The position numbers and the translations under genes were made by a program. A DNA stretch of 64,000 nucleotides from Candidatus Heimdallarchaeota archaeon. GTDB lineage: Archaea; Asgardarchaeota; Heimdallarchaeia; Heimdallarchaeales; Heimdallarchaeaceae. Under the pieces are notes generated by a model, which made no database searches, had not been told where the DNA came from, and worked only from the letters and a program-made list of their open reading frames with translations. Shown in pieces: positions 28,889-38,434 of the stretch (positions within the stretch are counted from its first letter, which is position 1; each line of letters starts with the position of its first letter). Location of the stretch: the NCBI GenBank assembly GCA_030603365.1, contig JAUVXV010000005.1:96001-160000 (forward strand), given 5' to 3'.

Positions 28889-29836
28889 TTAGACCTTGGG
28901 CATTATTTTATCCTTAAAGATTTTCATCTGCTCTACTTCTTCCTTTAATGGGAAGAAGAGTATCAAATGGTCTGCTCCTATTTTTTTGTATTCATTAATT
29001 TTTGAAACAATCTCATCTGGCGTTCCATGCAGAATTTTAGATAATCTTTGTTCAAGTTCATCAACCGTGATTTTCTGATGTTCAGCTGTCTCTTTTAGAT
29101 ACTTTTCTTTCTCTCCCCCGTCCTTGTAGATTTGTGTCCAAGCTCCATAAGACTTCTTCATATCTTTGTAGTCTCTACCATACCCATCCATCATGTTTTC
29201 CAGCTTGTTAAATTTCTGTTCTAATTCTTCAGCTGGAACTGCCCAAGCAAAATTTACTCCTTCACCATATTTTGCTGTTAAATTGAGAATTTTATCTTTT
29301 CCGCTTCCAACTCCTATCCATATTGTAGGATGAGGTTGCTGATAGGGTTTAGGTGCAGCAACAGCATTTTTAATTTTATAATACTTACCATCAAAATTGG
29401 TTCTTTCTTCTGTCCATAAACTTTTGACAATTTGAAGAGCTTCCTCAAACATAGCTAGTCTTACTCCACCACTTGGAAAATCAATTCCATACTGGTTAAA
29501 CTCTAGTTCTTTCCACCCTGTTCCAAATCCAAACTCAACTCTACCATGACTAAAGTGGTCAAGAGTTACAAATTGTTTTGCCAATACAGCTGGATAACGA
29601 TAGAGATTACATAGCACTAAAGGACCTATTCGCAATTTTTCAGTTTTCGCAGCTGCTCCCATCATCGCTGATATACACTCAAAACATTCAGTATCTACTG
29701 AATCTTCTCTCAGAAGAAAATGATCTGAAAACCATGCATGAGTGAAATCTATTTTCTCAGCTGTTTGAACTATGTCAAAAATCTCTTGCCAATTATATCC
29801 CATTTGCGGTTCGATTTGAACACCAAAAGTAGTCAT
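28889..29836 (-). CDS. LLM-class flavin/F420-dependent oxidoreductase (tandem paralog)
   Basis: Same motifs and same length (315 aa) as neighbour. Confidence 0.9.
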   Translation of the reverse strand: MTTFGVQIEPQMGYNWQEIFDIVQTAEKIDFTHAWFSDHFLLREDSVDTECFECISAMMGAAAKTEKLRIGPLVLCNLYRYPAVLAKQFVTLDHFSHGRVEFGFGTGWKELEFNQYGIDFPSGGVRLAMFEEALQIVKSLWTEERTNFDGKYYKIKNAVAAPKPYQQPHPTIWIGVGSGKDKILNLTAKYGEGVNFAWAVPAEELEQKFNKLENMMDGYGRDYKDMKKSYGAWTQIYKDGGEKEKYLKETAEHQKITVDELEQRLSKILHGTPDEIVSKINEYKKIGADHLILFFPLKEEVEQMKIFKDKIMPKV

Positions 29837-29962
29837 GATTAAGAAATAAAGAGGATTTTAATAAGTTTTTACTCTATTTCTTTAAAAGCAATTTTCTGTA
29901 ATATTCTAGAAGTAATGGAGCTAGCTCAATTCTTTAATCGTTTCATTGAGAGATGATAAGAA

Positions 29963-30295
29963 ATGAAAAATAAAAAAATTTCAAGTATAATAGTTACCAC
30001 AATGGTTATTCTTTCTCTTATTTTGTTGATTCCAACATTGGAAGTAAGAGGAGACGATTCTGGTAATGACGTCATAATACACAGTCCCAACGGAACTACA
30101 GAAGTGTTGTTTTATAACAAATTAACAGTTAATTTTACTGTTGAAAAAGGAGACCCTCCATGGATCTATACTGGTGCACATATTTATCTTAATGATCTAT
30201 GTGTAGATTCAACATCAGGTGGTTTAAGTTCTCCTTTTGTAAAAACCTACTATCCTGAAGGATACGCAGGCTCATATAATGTTCGACTACTTTAG
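29963..30295 (+). CDS. Secreted hypothetical protein, possibly truncated
   Basis: Signal peptide followed by short beta-rich segment. Confidence 0.5.
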   Translation: MKNKKISSIIVTTMVILSLILLIPTLEVRGDDSGNDVIIHSPNGTTEVLFYNKLTVNFTVEKGDPPWIYTGAHIYLNDLCVDSTSGGLSSPFVKTYYPEGYAGSYNVRLL

Positions 30296-30485
30296 AGACA
30301 ATTATTAGTAAATCTTTTCTTTCTTTTTCTTTTTTTAACTTCCTTCTATAGGCAGACAATTCATTAGCTCTATTAGTATGATTTCTTCCAGCAATAATAA
30401 AAATATTTCAAGAGATAAAGATTTCATGTAGGGTTTAGTGATTACTTTTGTAAGATAAAAAAATGATCTGGGGGGAATTAACAAA

Positions 30486-31172
30486 TTAGAGTTTCTTTTT
30501 TCGTTTGTAAGATTTTAATATCACTATCATAAAGAAAATAAATGTTGAGATACTAGAAAACACGTAGCTTGCTTGATTAGTCTGTGTTGTTTGAGAAAAT
30601 GTTGGTGTTGGTGTTGGTGTGTCGAAGACAACTGTTTCATTATTATATTCATAGAAATATGTAATAGTAGATCTTGCAACTTGAATGTTTAGTTTTTCAG
30701 TGATAACGGGAACAGGAACTGAGCAGCAATTTATATAGTCAAACCAAAATGTATAGTTCCCTAAAGGAAGGATTTCTTTCTCATAATTATGTATATAAAA
30801 CGTAATGTATGAAATCTTAGTTGATAAACCTGAAGGAACATTATAGCTCCCAGCAACCCACTCAATAAATAATGCTGGAATAGCATAAAGACTCTTATTT
30901 TCGAAGTTTACTAGGAAGCAAGGAAATGGTATTAGAGAACAAGTATAATTTACCCTTATATTAAACTGTGTAGGATTTTCAATTTGAATCTGAATCTCAA
31001 ACTGAACAAAGGTGAAATGATTGACACTATTTATTATATATACTGGGGGATAGTTTGCATCTAAAACACTTACAACTAAGTACTCCTCATATGAAAAGAC
31101 TTGCAGTGACCCTGTGAAGAATAACGATGAGAATAGAATGGTGATTATCATCCATTTTAGTTTACGTTTCAT
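30486..31172 (-). CDS. Surface protein with C-terminal TM/basic tail
   Basis: Signal peptide, TP linker, TNQASY-TM-KRKKK. Confidence 0.7.
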   Translation of the reverse strand: MKRKLKWMIITILFSSLFFTGSLQVFSYEEYLVVSVLDANYPPVYIINSVNHFTFVQFEIQIQIENPTQFNIRVNYTCSLIPFPCFLVNFENKSLYAIPALFIEWVAGSYNVPSGLSTKISYITFYIHNYEKEILPLGNYTFWFDYINCCSVPVPVITEKLNIQVARSTITYFYEYNNETVVFDTPTPTPTFSQTTQTNQASYVFSSISTFIFFMIVILKSYKRKKKL

Positions 31173-31686
31173 TCTCCTGTCTAACTCCTATTTCTAAGAT
31201 TTTGAGAGTAAAATACTCATTACTTCTACTTCTCAATTATATATCTGATTTTACTATATAAGAACTATGACAAAAATTATTATGGAACCTATCTTCTTCA
31301 ATAAATCCTTTTTCCTCATGATGTTTATATACTTTCTTTTCCTTAAATATATGGAGCTACCTTACTAATCAATTGCAGTCTTTCATTTGCAGTCTTTCGC
31401 CAAGACAAGAGATGAGAACAGACTCAATTGTTAAACACCTCTTATACTAGGTTTTCAATATTAGCTCCACGTTCTCATCCAATAAATGCATTTTTCGAAC
31501 TCAATTTATCTTGCCTTATTTTCTTTCTGTTTTAATACTGAAAAAGTTCTAAATAATCAAGATGAGTGAATATTCCAATTTTAAGCTTGGTAAAGTTGAT
31601 CTTGAGACTGAGAAAGCTCATTGTCACACTAAACCTTCATCTGAAAAAAGGAATAATTAAATATTAGTTCCCTTAATCTAATATGT

Positions 31687-32100
31687 ATGTCAATTGTCAA
31701 ATTCTTTGATGATATGGATGTAAAGGACTTTCTGTGGCTATCTGCAGCTTTTATAATCCTATTTGTTTCTGGCTTCGTAATAGGTTTTGTAAGAGATTTT
31801 CTTTGGATGATTATTCTTGCAGGAGTAATAGCAGGATTTTTTGTTATATGGTTATTGATGTACACATTGATAAATTGGCAGGAATGGAAAAAGGAAACTG
31901 AGCTGTTGGTCGAATTACCAAGTTTTCCTGAACCAGATTTCTGTGATATGTGTAGTAAAGAGCTAGAGGGTGGGGAGAGAAGAACTGATGGAGAATTCTT
32001 AGTTATTATTTGTCCTCATTGTGAAGCTGAAAACATTGTATCTAGTGAAGCCAAGATACAAGAAGTGGAAAAAACAATTGAGGAAGAAGAAACTGAATGA
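31687..32100 (+). CDS. Membrane protein with zinc ribbon
   Basis: 2 TM + CDMC...CPHC. Confidence 0.75.
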   Translation: MSIVKFFDDMDVKDFLWLSAAFIILFVSGFVIGFVRDFLWMIILAGVIAGFFVIWLLMYTLINWQEWKKETELLVELPSFPEPDFCDMCSKELEGGERRTDGEFLVIICPHCEAENIVSSEAKIQEVEKTIEEEETE

Positions 32101-32106
32101 ATATAA

Positions 32107-32214
32107 AGAAACTCCAACCTTTCAAATTACTTGCCTCATTCTATTGTCTGTCCTTATTGTCATAGTAGTTTGACTAGATGGATGAATCAACAACGAATCA
32201 ATAGAGGGTTTTGA
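32107..32214 (+). pseudogene. Relic of a RING-finger C-terminus
   Basis: Reads LPHSIVCPYCHSSLTRWMNQ, resembling CPNCHTDLSHW of the next gene. Confidence 0.4.
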
Positions 32215-32261
32215 AATGTTTATTAACAGCTATGCAAAAAGAAGTATAGGGAGATAAAAGA

Positions 32262-33212
32262 ATGAATGTTGAGGATTTTGGATATTTTGCTTTTCTAGTA
32301 GTAATTGCGCTAATTGCTATTCCTATACGTAGATCTAGAAAGAAGAAGAAGAAACAACGTTCAAGAAATCGATATTATTCCACTTATAATCCTCAAGTAG
32401 CTCATCAAACATATCAACAACAAGTTCAATACACAATGACTCCCAGAAGCACTTTTGATATGGAAAATTTATTAGAAGATCTGAAGCTTACTGATGCTCC
32501 TGTAATTCAAAGAGCAATTAATGGCTTTCAGGTCGAAACTTCAGAAGATCATAGATATTCTTTGTTCTCTGAAATAAAGATTATAGAGCAACAGAACAGC
32601 TTTTTGAAAGTATATTGTACTTTAAGAAAAATCATTCCTTCAAGTCTTGAAATAAGAAGAAGAAGCTCTATAGTAGTACAAGCACAAAATGAGATTAAAA
32701 TTCCACAACTTGATAATTTCTTTTCAATAGTTTCTGAACACCAGGATATGTGGTTCGCAATTCTTCACAATCATGAGTTAATTCATCGTTTTGAGAATCT
32801 GAAAGATCACTTAGAGTTTCTATATATAAGTGAGGATCATATGGTAGCAATTGTGGATAAGGATTATGCAGTTCGACCAATGTTAGATTTAACTTTGGTT
32901 CTACATGAAAATCTCAGAGATTTAGCAGGAGATGTTTCAGAATATCATGTAGAACAGTTGAAATGCTATAATTGTGATGATCCTTTTGACCCACTAGAGG
33001 AGGTTTGTGACAAGTGTGGAGCTCAAAGACCTAGATGCATGATCTGTTACCTCGATCTCAAACCTTCTGATAAGCAAGAAGTTGTAAAACATCCTTGCTG
33101 TCAAATCTATTCACACAAGCATCACATACTTTCATGGTTAAAGAAGAATAACAAATGTCCGAACTGTCATACAGATTTAAGTCACTGGTCCAAGAAATTA
33201 TTACTTCAGTAA
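32262..33212 (+). CDS. N-terminally anchored Zn ribbon + RING-like protein
   Basis: TM, CYNC...CDKC, CMIC...CCQIYSHKHH...W...CPNC. Confidence 0.75.
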   Translation: MNVEDFGYFAFLVVIALIAIPIRRSRKKKKKQRSRNRYYSTYNPQVAHQTYQQQVQYTMTPRSTFDMENLLEDLKLTDAPVIQRAINGFQVETSEDHRYSLFSEIKIIEQQNSFLKVYCTLRKIIPSSLEIRRRSSIVVQAQNEIKIPQLDNFFSIVSEHQDMWFAILHNHELIHRFENLKDHLEFLYISEDHMVAIVDKDYAVRPMLDLTLVLHENLRDLAGDVSEYHVEQLKCYNCDDPFDPLEEVCDKCGAQRPRCMICYLDLKPSDKQEVVKHPCCQIYSHKHHILSWLKKNNKCPNCHTDLSHWSKKLLLQ

Positions 33213-33306
33213 TTTGAAGTTCAAAAAACTGATTAATCTGATTCATGAGATGGGTTTCTGTCTTCTTCTACTTCTGGAATATGTTTTTATTTTGTAATGT
33301 AACTAA

Positions 33307-33729
33307 TTGTATTGTAAAAGTGGTTACATGACTAAGAAAAAAAAAGAACTAAAAAAGAAAGCAAGAAAAAGCTTAGATTTTATTGGACGAATGCGACTTT
33401 ATTTCTTCAGAGGTCATAATTCATGGCTATATCTTCCAATTTGGTTTATCAATATCCTAATTGTTTTCTATAAACTTCTTCTCGAAGATTTGTACTTCCT
33501 TCCAGAATGGGTTTCCTTCTGGAATTTCGCAATCATCTTTTCAGTAATCTACTTCCCTCTAGCTGTATTGGTTGGAAGATTTGATTACTATAGGGGAACA
33601 TACAAAGGAGAAGCAGAAGTAGGAATGGCAGTTAATCCCATCTGGATAAGACAGTTCAAAGAACTTGAGAGTTTAAAAACAGAATTAGCTGAAATAAAGG
33701 AATTGTTGTCAGAAAATAAAACCAGTTGA
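33307..33729 (+). CDS. Hypothetical membrane protein
   Basis: 2 TM + coiled-coil tail; likely start ATG at 33328. Confidence 0.6.
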   Translation: MYCKSGYMTKKKKELKKKARKSLDFIGRMRLYFFRGHNSWLYLPIWFINILIVFYKLLLEDLYFLPEWVSFWNFAIIFSVIYFPLAVLVGRFDYYRGTYKGEAEVGMAVNPIWIRQFKELESLKTELAEIKELLSENKTS

Positions 33730-33737
33730 AAGAAATC

Positions 33738-34088
33738 TCAGAGATATGGAATCACACATAGGAATACTAAGGTTTCATTTCCAGTATTCTTATATCCGTG
33801 AGGTTCATCAGGAGGAATATAGAGAACATCATCTTTTCTCATAACTGCTGTTTCAAAATGGGTAAATACTTCTCCTTCACCTGATAGACAATATATCTCA
33901 TGTTCTTGAGGATGGCCATGAATCCCTATCTGACCACCAGGTTGAATTTCGAATCGTCTGAGAGCATATCTAGGAGCACCCTCTTTTTCTTTAGTGATTA
34001 ACCATCGTACAGTTGTTTTAGTTGACCCATAATCTGTAACTTGTTGTTCTTCTTCCTCTGTAAAATGTTTTAATTTCATCATTATCAC
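33738..34088 (-). CDS. Cupin domain protein
   Basis: PGGQIGIHGHPQEHE...G.G, IPPDEPHGYKN. Confidence 0.9.
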   Translation of the reverse strand: MIMMKLKHFTEEEEQQVTDYGSTKTTVRWLITKEKEGAPRYALRRFEIQPGGQIGIHGHPQEHEIYCLSGEGEVFTHFETAVMRKDDVLYIPPDEPHGYKNTGNETLVFLCVIPYL

Positions 34089-34215
34089 TTAACGAAACAA
34101 ATTCTCTTTTTTAATTATAAAAAAACTTTCGTTTCAGTAAAACTAGTTGTAGTTAAACGAAAATGCTTATTTATTTCTCAACATAATTACTAGTAGAAAG
34201 AAAGGAGCAACATAA

Positions 34216-35010
34216 ATGAGCGAAGGATTTTGTCCAGACCATTCTCCCGAATATTATGAGGAATTTCAACGAGAAATTGAGTACACTAAAGAATTCAGAA
34301 AGAAAATCTATGAAAAAATAGGTTTGAAGAACGCTAGAAGAGTCTTAGAAGTAGGTTGTAGACAAGGTTTGATCAGCCAAGAATTAAGAGCTGAAACTGA
34401 GGCTCAAATAACATCAATTGACTCAGATTATGATAATATAGCTGATAACTCTAAAAGAATAAAAGGTATAGAATTTTACAGAGAAGCAGCTGATAAATTA
34501 TCCATGAGGGATGAGTCGTATGATATTGTTGTTTGTCATTTCTTTTTCTTATGGAAACCTAAACCTTTTGGTTCACTTATGGAGCTTAATAGAGTTTGTA
34601 AAAAAGGTGGATATATAGTAGCTCTTGCTGAACCAGATTACCTAGGTTGGATAGAAAATCCTGATCTAGGTCTAGGAGCTTATAACGTTGAGACAATTCA
34701 AAATCAAGGTGGTAATCCTGGTGTTGGACGAAGCCTATTGTCTATTTTCTCATCAGGAGGGCTAGAAACAGAAATAAATATTAATACTCGAATCTGGCCT
34801 CAAAGTGAGCTTGAAGGATGCTATGAGCAAGAATGGACTAATATATACAATGAAGGATTAATTTCTGAAGAAGAATACAAAGCAAAAGTTGCAGAAGAAA
34901 AGAAGATTATTGATGACAAACTTAGAGTAATAGCTTTACCAGTATTCTCGGCTATTGGCAAAAAAGTAACTCTCCTTGAAGAAACAATAGATCCTTATGA
35001 TGATTATTAA
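34216..35010 (+). CDS. Class I SAM-dependent methyltransferase
   Basis: VLEVGCRQG, YDIVVC, RVCKKGG. Confidence 0.85.
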   Translation: MSEGFCPDHSPEYYEEFQREIEYTKEFRKKIYEKIGLKNARRVLEVGCRQGLISQELRAETEAQITSIDSDYDNIADNSKRIKGIEFYREAADKLSMRDESYDIVVCHFFFLWKPKPFGSLMELNRVCKKGGYIVALAEPDYLGWIENPDLGLGAYNVETIQNQGGNPGVGRSLLSIFSSGGLETEININTRIWPQSELEGCYEQEWTNIYNEGLISEEEYKAKVAEEKKIIDDKLRVIALPVFSAIGKKVTLLEETIDPYDDY

Positions 35011-35801
35011 TTGATCTTCTCAATTATAACGACAAGATCATTACTTTTTTCTTCATCAAACTTGTTCCCTTGATAGTCACCTAGAAATGATACTTGTAAA
35101 TTTTCTTGTTCTTGAATATTATCAAAATCACTTTTCCTAGGAATAAAAAATTCAGTTCTTTTTCTAACTAACTCAAAATCATCTGAATCTTTAGAACCTT
35201 GAAGTATCTTTTGAACATACATAGTTACTTTTTCTTTCTTTATTTTCCATTCCATTATTCTAATATGAAAGATTAAAGAACCATTATTAGACCTTTGTAG
35301 GTTTGGATTATAATACCACTCAGTATCATTAACATGGGCTAGATAATTAACTGCTTGTAAGAGGATTTTCCCATTGGGATTAAGTACATTAATCAGCTGT
35401 TGAATAATGTTATTCCGATCTTGAGTATTAAAAATTGATAAGGTATTTCCAATACAGTAGATAAAATCAAATTTACTTTCTCCCACCTTGTTTTCTATTT
35501 CTAAGATATCTCCTAGAACGAATTTAATTTTTTCTTGAACAGAACTCTTTTCAGCTAATTTAATAGCTTCATCTATATTTTGTTCTGAGATATCAACTCC
35601 TATCCCACTTAATCCCCATTTACTTAGCATAACAAGATGAAATCCAGTTCCACAAGAAACATCTAAAACTTGAGAATTAGATGGTACCATACCTTCTAGA
35701 AGTTTCTTGAAAAAAGGTGCTTCTTTCTTTAATCTATCTCCCCATTTGACTAAATCTTGATACAATATCTCATCTTTCCACTCTATTTCCATCTTGAACA
35801 T
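35007..35801 (-). CDS. Class I SAM-dependent methyltransferase
   Basis: VLDVSCGTG, GVDIS, FDFIYCIGN, LNPNGKI. Confidence 0.9.
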   Translation of the reverse strand: MFKMEIEWKDEILYQDLVKWGDRLKKEAPFFKKLLEGMVPSNSQVLDVSCGTGFHLVMLSKWGLSGIGVDISEQNIDEAIKLAEKSSVQEKIKFVLGDILEIENKVGESKFDFIYCIGNTLSIFNTQDRNNIIQQLINVLNPNGKILLQAVNYLAHVNDTEWYYNPNLQRSNNGSLIFHIRIMEWKIKKEKVTMYVQKILQGSKDSDDFELVRKRTEFFIPRKSDFDNIQEQENLQVSFLGDYQGNKFDEEKSNDLVVIIEKIN

Positions 35802-35855
35802 CTTTAGATATTCTATAAAGTTCTTAACACTATTTGTTACTCAAAAATTGGAATA

Positions 35856-36782
35856 TTATATAAATTCCCAAATTTCCCAGTATTTCTCAAGACTATTTAC
35901 TGCAGCTTTTGCCCCATGATACTTTAAAATTTCATTACGATCGATTTTTCTGGTACTATAAAACATATTCAATAACGAACCTCTAGTCAATTCAGAATCA
36001 GGGTTAATGAAGTGAACAATATCTTGCATTTCTTTAAAATCAATATATTCTGCCTCGTAGTAACTTGCTGCAGGAGTCTCACAGAATAAAGATTCTATAG
36101 AAATTACATTATATGTTCTGCCAGTTTCAGGATTTATATGATCAAGAACATAATCACAGAAATTTAACGTTTCAAACATTTTTCCCCTTGAAACAGGTTC
36201 ATTGAGATAGTGGATTTTTGTTGATTTATTCTTATTTATTTCATCTATTGCTTCTTGCAATAATTTTGAACCCTTGATATGAGGAGAATGAGCAAAATGA
36301 CCTACAATGAAGTCGATCCCCTTTTCATCCTTAAATTTCTCCTTCTTTTCCTTAATTTCTTCTGAAGGGTAAAATTTCTTTTCATCAACTATTCTAGGCA
36401 AAAAGATTGAAATTTGACTATAATCTAGAAGCTCTTTTAGAGATACAAAAGAAGGGAACTTGGGTTTAACTGTTCCCAGTCTCAAATCAGAACCATGATA
36501 AGAATAGCAGGTATTCTTTGCTCTAACACATTTAGGATAAGTTCCATTTACAATTTGGATATCTGCTTTTTTGATTAATCTTCCAAAGGTCATCCAAAAA
36601 CCTGTATGGACATAATTCCAGAACAATGACCCTTGAACAGATCCAAGTTTGTGATATTTAACTGGTTGGTCTGTGTATTTATTATGTTGAAAGAAATAGT
36701 CTACTTTGTAACCTCTATTTTCTAATTCCTTACCGATCAAATAACTCTGACTAGCATAATCTCCAACAATCGAAACTTTCAA
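35856..36782 (-). CDS. GT-B glycosyltransferase-like protein
   Basis: YHGSDLR, VGHFAHSPHIKGS, SIESL. Confidence 0.65.
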   Translation of the reverse strand: MKVSIVGDYASQSYLIGKELENRGYKVDYFFQHNKYTDQPVKYHKLGSVQGSLFWNYVHTGFWMTFGRLIKKADIQIVNGTYPKCVRAKNTCYSYHGSDLRLGTVKPKFPSFVSLKELLDYSQISIFLPRIVDEKKFYPSEEIKEKKEKFKDEKGIDFIVGHFAHSPHIKGSKLLQEAIDEINKNKSTKIHYLNEPVSRGKMFETLNFCDYVLDHINPETGRTYNVISIESLFCETPAASYYEAEYIDFKEMQDIVHFINPDSELTRGSLLNMFYSTRKIDRNEILKYHGAKAAVNSLEKYWEIWEFI

Positions 36783-36842
36783 CCAATATCACATTCTGAA
36801 TACTTTTTACATATATTAAAAGTTTAGTCCTAGATTTTTAGT

Positions 36843-37268
36843 TTGATAGTAAAAAATAAATTCTACGAGATTTCAATCTACTTGGTTATACTAATGGAAA
36901 AACTTGAAGAATTTAAGGAATTTAGAAAAGAAATGGATGAAAAGATATTTGATTTACAGAATAAACAAATTAATCGTTTCTACGCTATAGATACTGGAGC
37001 TTATCTAGAAGGAGCATTGCCAGTTAAAATTAAAGAATTATTAGGTTTATCTACTTCTCTAGTTCTACGATGTGAAGATTGTATTAGATATCATGTAATA
37101 AGAGCCGTACAAGAAGGTTGTACAGATGATGAAATAGCAGAAACTTTATCCATATCATTAATTGTAGGTGGATCAATAGTCATACCAGAAATGCGAAGAG
37201 CAGTAAATGTTTTATCTCAACTCAGAGAAAAACAAAAAAAAGGAGAATCATTAGATAATATCCTCTAA
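36843..37268 (+). CDS. Carboxymuconolactone decarboxylase/AhpD family protein
   Basis: GALPVKIKELLGL...LRCEDCIRYH; likely start ATG at 36894. Confidence 0.9.
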   Translation: MIVKNKFYEISIYLVILMEKLEEFKEFRKEMDEKIFDLQNKQINRFYAIDTGAYLEGALPVKIKELLGLSTSLVLRCEDCIRYHVIRAVQEGCTDDEIAETLSISLIVGGSIVIPEMRRAVNVLSQLREKQKKGESLDNIL

Positions 37269-37275
37269 CTAAAAT

Positions 37276-37797
37276 TTATCGATAACTTTTGAGTTTATCC
37301 AGCTCTTCGTTTAGAAGATTTTTAGCTTCAGAAAGAGCGCTATTGATTTTCAAAGCATTCTTATAACAATCAACAGCTTCATCTCCTGTATGAATTTTAC
37401 CTAATTCCATCCAATCTTTAGAAGTTTGAGGAAGTTTGTTTTCAAGAATATATTCAAGGCTTTCACAGGGAGTACCAAATTCAACAAAAACCATATCTTG
37501 GTCGATTAATTCAGCTGAACCCGGAGGAATTACTGAAGAGAAGAATTCTTCTCTGTATCTCGGATTTTGGTACTTCTGAGAAACTAACCATATCCATCGA
37601 GGAGGATCTAAATATGTAAGTAAGACATGAGATTTATGTTCGATTTTTGCCTTACACTTTGGACAATATGAAAAGTTAATTTTCCCCTCTTTGACATCCT
37701 TTATGACCTTAGGATTTTCTGAAAGATTTATAGCTTCGCCAACTCTCTTTTTTAATCTAGTTCCACAATTTTGACATTCTATCTCTTTTAATGGCAA
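37276..37797 (-). CDS. CpXC-like Zn-binding protein with C-terminal TPR
   Basis: CQNC...CPKC...LTYLDP; AVDCYKNALKINS. Confidence 0.7.
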   Translation of the reverse strand: MPLKEIECQNCGTRLKKRVGEAINLSENPKVIKDVKEGKINFSYCPKCKAKIEHKSHVLLTYLDPPRWIWLVSQKYQNPRYREEFFSSVIPPGSAELIDQDMVFVEFGTPCESLEYILENKLPQTSKDWMELGKIHTGDEAVDCYKNALKINSALSEAKNLLNEELDKLKSYR

Positions 37798-37878
37798 TAT
37801 GAACCCCTTCTATTATGTTATTACCATTAATTACATTGGTTGACATCATTTATATAATTTATCCTTCAAATTCACAAA

Positions 37879-38376
37879 GTGACCGACATAAAACCTAAAA
37901 TTATGCTTTTGCAAATTTCTGTAGTAGTTGCACTAATAGGCTTTTTAGATGCACTATATTTGTATTATATGGAAATTTCTCGCAAATTCAAGTGCTTAAT
38001 TAACACAGGACTCTTTCAGTGTGAAACAGTAAATTCAAGTGATTATGCAAAAATCCTGGGGATTCCATTAAGTTTGTTAGGTTGTCTCTTTTATTTAGCT
38101 GTGATAATATTCCTCTTTCTAGCTATATTTGATAAAAATCAATACTGGTTAAGTTTCTTTCTTCCAGCTCTGGTTATTTTTGGTTTTATCTTTTCTATTT
38201 ATCTAACCGCAATAGAGATTTTTGCTATACACTTCTTCTGCGAATTCTGTATAATATCTGCGGTATGTTCAGTGACATTATTTATTTTGATATTGATAGC
38301 CAAACTGAAGAATTTTCCATCTTTATTCTCAAAACTTGATTTCTGGAATATGTTTAAGAAAGAAATTGTGGAATAA
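37879..38376 (+). CDS. Vitamin K epoxide reductase (VKOR) family protein
   Basis: C...CETVNSSDYAKILGIPLSLLG, FCEFC CxxC. Confidence 0.9.
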   Translation: MTDIKPKIMLLQISVVVALIGFLDALYLYYMEISRKFKCLINTGLFQCETVNSSDYAKILGIPLSLLGCLFYLAVIIFLFLAIFDKNQYWLSFFLPALVIFGFIFSIYLTAIEIFAIHFFCEFCIISAVCSVTLFILILIAKLKNFPSLFSKLDFWNMFKKEIVE

Positions 38377-38434
38377 TTCAAGTAGTCAATTATATAAGTG
38401 GCTTTGTACATGAAGGAGTAAATAGAGGAAAAGT

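Noticed and set aside
29963-30295. Programmed stop readthrough
   Set aside because: Another stop follows within a few codons, so there is no downstream coding frame
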